Part shown: positions 16,575-20,000 of the stretch, in pieces
Layout of the letters: each line of letters begins with the position of its first letter
Numbering within the stretch: position 1 is the stretch's first letter
Made by a program: the position numbers and the translations under genes
The notes under the pieces: generated by a model
Told to the model about the DNA's origin: nothing
Seen by the model: only the letters and a program-made list of their open reading frames with translations
Databases searched by the model: none
From: Chrysochromulina tobinii
Taxonomy: Eukaryota
Direction: 5' to 3'
DNA length: 20,000 bases
Assembly: GCA_001275005.1 (NCBI GenBank)
Contig: JWZX01003306.1
Coordinates: 44,799-64,798 of the forward strand

Positions 16575-18561
16575 TCAGCCGCCTCGTGCTCGTGCCATCG
16601 CCATCATCACGCGCGCCGAGGCATTCGGGTACAGCCCGTCCACATAAATCCATTCCATCGCGCGTGCCGGTGAGAGCAGCTTGCAATCTGTAGCGGATGG
16701 CGCGAGTCGATCCGCGGCCAGCGACTCTGAATGCAGGTGCGAGCGTGGGCAGCAGTGTGCAGCAGTGTGCACGGCACACGGTCGAGGCGCACGGAATGCA
16801 ACCTCCCTCGCCTCGTCCATCCATACGAATAAACCTCGAAAATACGCGACGCTTCAGTTGGGGCCGAGGGGTAGGGGAGGGGTGGCTGGGCTTGCACGCG
16901 AGGGGGTTGGGCGCGGCGCGCGCGGCGCGCGCGCGCGCGCGCGCACAGTGATAGCCGACAGTCTCGAGATAGATCACGTCCCCAAGATTCTTATTCTCGG
17001 TCGCAAAGTAGGGTGCGGCCACATCGACCACGGGCCTCCCGCCATCGGAGCTCGGTGTGAACGTGAGCTCGTCATGAATCCAAGTGGGGCCTGTGATCCC
17101 GATCGAGCTCCACGTGTCCTCGACAAGGCGCAGCGCCGTGCCTAGCGCCTCGAAGCGCGAGTGTGCCTCGGCTCCGGCGTGCTCGAGAGCCCATTGGTAC
17201 GCCGCCGCGTTCACCGCGCGGCAAATGGACGCGTTCAGCCGGTCGGTGGTGTTGAAGGGCGACAGCTCTTCGGGCACTCCCGCCGACTGCCAGATCGACT
17301 GACGAGATTTGAGCTTGGTGCGGAGCTCGCGCGCCGAGATCGGGTACAATCCCGTGTCCAGTTCGTCCAGACGGTCGAGAATGGGCATGGTGACGGTCGT
17401 GGTGAGCAGCTTGCACGGTTCGCCGGCGGTGCAGGCTGTGCCCGGAGGCGGCGTGAAGATATGGGGCAGGTGGAACGGTCGGGTGTCGGACACGTCGTGG
17501 AATGCGTCCTTAGTGACGATGGACGCCGACTGCGCCGTGGGCGTGGGGGCAAGCTCAACGGCGCCCATGAGCCGTTGAGCCGTCTGCATCACCCACGCGC
17601 TGCCACACGTACAGTCCACGGGCGGCAGCGGATCGGGCGGCGGCTTGCGCGGGCCTAGCGACGTGTTCGGGAACATCGGGTACTCGCAATGCGGGTTGGT
17701 TGGGTAGTCACTGTCACAAGGCGTCCCGACGTGAGTCGAACCTTCAAGCTCAAGCGCCTCCACCAGAGGGGCCACAAGGCGAGCGGTGCTATTGTAGGCG
17801 TCGCTGAGCGCCTTCACCGCCGCCACCTGCGCCGCACCCGCTCCAAAGGAGGCCGTTATGAAGCTTGAGAGCGCCGTCGCGAGCGCCGCGTGCCCCACCG
17901 TCTCGTTGAGACTCGCCGAGAGGTCGTGAGCGCGCACAAAGGAGGGCGGTGGGCCGGAGGAGATGCTCCAGTGGTTCAGGCCGTCGAGCAGGATGAGGGG
18001 CTGCGGCGGCTCGGGCCTTTGGCCACCTGGGCTGCCCACCTGATGCCACCACGCCTCGGCCTGCCGCGTCACGCGCAGCAGCCCATCGAGCGTGCCATCG
18101 AGCGTGAGCACTGGCGCGCCGAATGGTGTGGTGCGGTACTTGCGCAGGACAGTGGCGCCGTATAAGACGAGGGCGTCGAATTCGCCCACATGCGACGTCA
18201 CGTACTGCTGCGCCATCACACCGCCAAGCGAGTGCCCGAGAATCACGCTGCGATTGGCGGACATACCAGCTTTGACCATCTGCTCGGTCACATTCTTGAT
18301 CTTGCTGCCGAACTGCAGCGGCTCGGGCGTGTCCGCCACAAATTCAGGCACGCCAACCCACACGGGTAGCGGTGACGCAGCCTGCACAGCCTCGGCAAAC
18401 GGCCGGTAGCCGCCTGGAGGCGAAGACTCTCCCTGGATGAGAATCAAGCTGATGGTTGCGCCCTGCTTGCCTGCAGGTGGCTTCAGGGTGTACGAGTTGT
18501 CGCTGGATGCTGCGCTAACGAGTAGCAGGATGGCCGCCATCGGGACGTGGAAGTGACCCAT
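16575..18561 (-). CDS. Secreted alpha/beta-hydrolase-fold protein with long C-terminal extension; exons 18561..16947 and 16687..16575; 575 aa
   Basis: Signal-like MAAILLLVSAASS; nucleophile elbow GHSLG; candidate Asp (GTLDGL) and His (GLNHW). Splicing yields VGYHYCKLLSPARAMEWIYVDGL. Confidence 0.83.
16688..16946 (-). other. Spliceosomal intron, 259 nt, phase 1, beginning with a (GC)10 tract
   Basis: CAC T|GTGCGC ... GCTACAG|AT TGC AAG; removes the low-complexity ARARAR read-through. Confidence 0.82.
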
Positions 18562-18857
18562 GACGCCTTGACCGAGTAGCGGCCGGACCGAGATCGCGTT
18601 CACTACCGGTAACTAATTGCGAGCACGCTCTCGCCCAGGACGACGCGTTTGGTATAGGGGGTTTCTCACCCCCAAACGGCATATTTCTCTTCGATCTCTA
18701 AGCGGTCTGAAATCGACCTTGCTCCTTGGCGCAGACCTGCTAAGTGCGCGCTGCCTCGAGACTGCACCTCACACAGCGAGACAGCGTACAGTCGAGTATT
18801 CCTGTATTCGAGAGCCTCAAGTCAAAAGTGTAAGTAGCTACCGAGTAGAGCGCCGAG

Positions 18858-19847
18858 CTAGCCCGCAGCCAGCAAGCCCGCAAAGGTCTGGTACGCGCTC
18901 GAATCTTCGCCCATCGAAAGGCGGGCGGCGGAGGCGCCCACCTTCGCCCAGGTGGCCGCGCCACGCGCCTCGCCCGCCTGCGCGAGCTGCACGACCGCTA
19001 GCAACCAGCCAGCCTTTCCTAGAATGAGAGGAACACCTTCCTCACGCATCAGCCGCAACTGCTCCTCGACTAGACCGACCACGCGCGCCGAGCAGCCCTC
19101 CACCTCGAGCTGCCGATGGATCTCGACCAGCCGCGCGTGCCGCGCGTCGCTGCGCTCGAGTGCCATGCCTTCCAGCATGCAAGTGGAGCATGAGCATGTA
19201 AAAAAGTACTTGTGCTCGAGCAGCGCACGCCGGCTTGCACGTGCGCCTGCTTCGGCACCCGCCACATAAGCGATCGTGAGCTCGGTACCCGCATCAATCG
19301 GCCTGATCGCGTGCACCGTCTGCCGCCCGAGGGCGCCACTCCAGGCCACAAAGCAGTTGGGATGGCACGCATGATTGAATCGAGAGCATACTCGGAAGAC
19401 AGCGGCGCGATGCACGCCGTCATTCACGCCCTCAGACGCAAAGTAATCCTGCGTCACGAAGCTGCTTGTGTTCCAGATGCCAGCTGCCGTCTTGCCTCGG
19501 CCACCGGCAAATGAGTCGGCCAGCGCAAAGAAGCTCTCTCGGGCTTCTGGATCCAACGCCTCGACAAGGGCGTTGAGCTGCGCAAAGTCGTCCGCCTTGT
19601 CACCGCGTCGGCTCGCCCAGAAGACGAGCGGCACCTCCGCGAGGATCCTCTCACCGGGAGCGATCGCTCGAATTGCGACGCAGCCCAGTCCTCGTCCGGG
19701 CAGCGCGCGGACGGCGAGCGCGTGGCTTGCAGGATGCCAGCTGCTGCAGGGCGCAAAGGTCCAGCACGTGCGCCCGTCTGAGAGATTTATCCGGCGGGCA
19801 AGCGAAGGTGCGTGAGCTACGCATACTTGTTCGGTCGAAGACTCCAT
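18858..19847 (-). CDS. SET-domain lysine methyltransferase (SMYD/Set5-like, with post-SET cysteines)
   Basis: GRGLGCVAIRAIAPGERILAEVP, RFNHACHPNC, AIRPIDAGTELTIAY, YFFTCSCSTC, then a helical C-terminal region. Confidence 0.9.
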   Translation of the reverse strand: MESSTEQVCVAHAPSLARRINLSDGRTCWTFAPCSSWHPASHALAVRALPGRGLGCVAIRAIAPGERILAEVPLVFWASRRGDKADDFAQLNALVEALDPEARESFFALADSFAGGRGKTAAGIWNTSSFVTQDYFASEGVNDGVHRAAVFRVCSRFNHACHPNCFVAWSGALGRQTVHAIRPIDAGTELTIAYVAGAEAGARASRRALLEHKYFFTCSCSTCMLEGMALERSDARHARLVEIHRQLEVEGCSARVVGLVEEQLRLMREEGVPLILGKAGWLLAVVQLAQAGEARGAATWAKVGASAARLSMGEDSSAYQTFAGLLAAG

Positions 19848-19925
19848 ATCATCACAGAGGAAGCGCTCGCACAGAGGGCAGCCTCACACACCGCCGCTCG
19901 GGCGGTTAACGGTGTTTTCCAACTG

Positions 19926-20000
19926 TTGAGGAGCTGTGAAATTGTTTCTCACAGCTCCTCAAGTTCGAGCAGCTGTGAGTTTCATTCTCACAGCTCCTCG
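19926..20000. repeat. Two tandem inverted-repeat (hairpin) units, 39-bp period, running to the window end
   Basis: TTGAGGAGCTGTGA (19926-19939) pairs perfectly with TCACAGCTCCTCAA (19949-19962). CGAGCAGCTGTGAG (19966-19979) pairs with CTCACAGCTCCTCG (19987-20000) with one mismatch. Confidence 0.9.

Noticed and set aside
16519..16946. ARARAR-containing C-terminus of the 694-aa ORF
   Set aside because: Intron read-through; the real terminal exon is in another frame (16687..16575).
19926..20000. CRISPR array
   Set aside because: Only two units are visible, the variable parts are 9-nt loops within the palindrome rather than ~30-nt spacers between repeats, there are no cas genes, and the context is eukaryotic.

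Overview
GC-rich, gene-dense eukaryotic nuclear DNA. Evidence: phase-consistent GT-AG spliceosomal introns, a mitochondrion-targeted ATP synthase OSCP gene, and an outer dynein arm docking complex-like gene implying cilia/flagella. The style (intron-poor genes, GTGCG donors, tiny intergenic gaps) fits a flagellated protist such as a haptophyte, but the organism cannot be established from this window. About eleven protein genes are supported, in order: a two-pore (TPK-like) K+ channel with EF-hands; a 6TM voltage-sensor/CNBD channel with a non-canonical pore; a C2-like protein with a Lys-rich tail; ATP synthase OSCP (1 intron); an ODA-DC-like coiled-coil protein; a 2OG-Fe(II) dioxygenase; a sulfotransferase (2 introns); a JmjC ROX/NO66-like hydroxylase; a PAN-domain purple acid phosphatase-like enzyme; a secreted alpha/beta hydrolase (1 intron); and a SET-domain protein. 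Most notable are the tandem channel pair (degenerate SGAAGGD filter, possible in-frame splice fusion) and a tandem palindromic repeat with variable loops cut by the right edge. No rRNA, tRNA, CRISPR array or transposase was recognised. All family calls come from motif recognition by eye, not from database searches.
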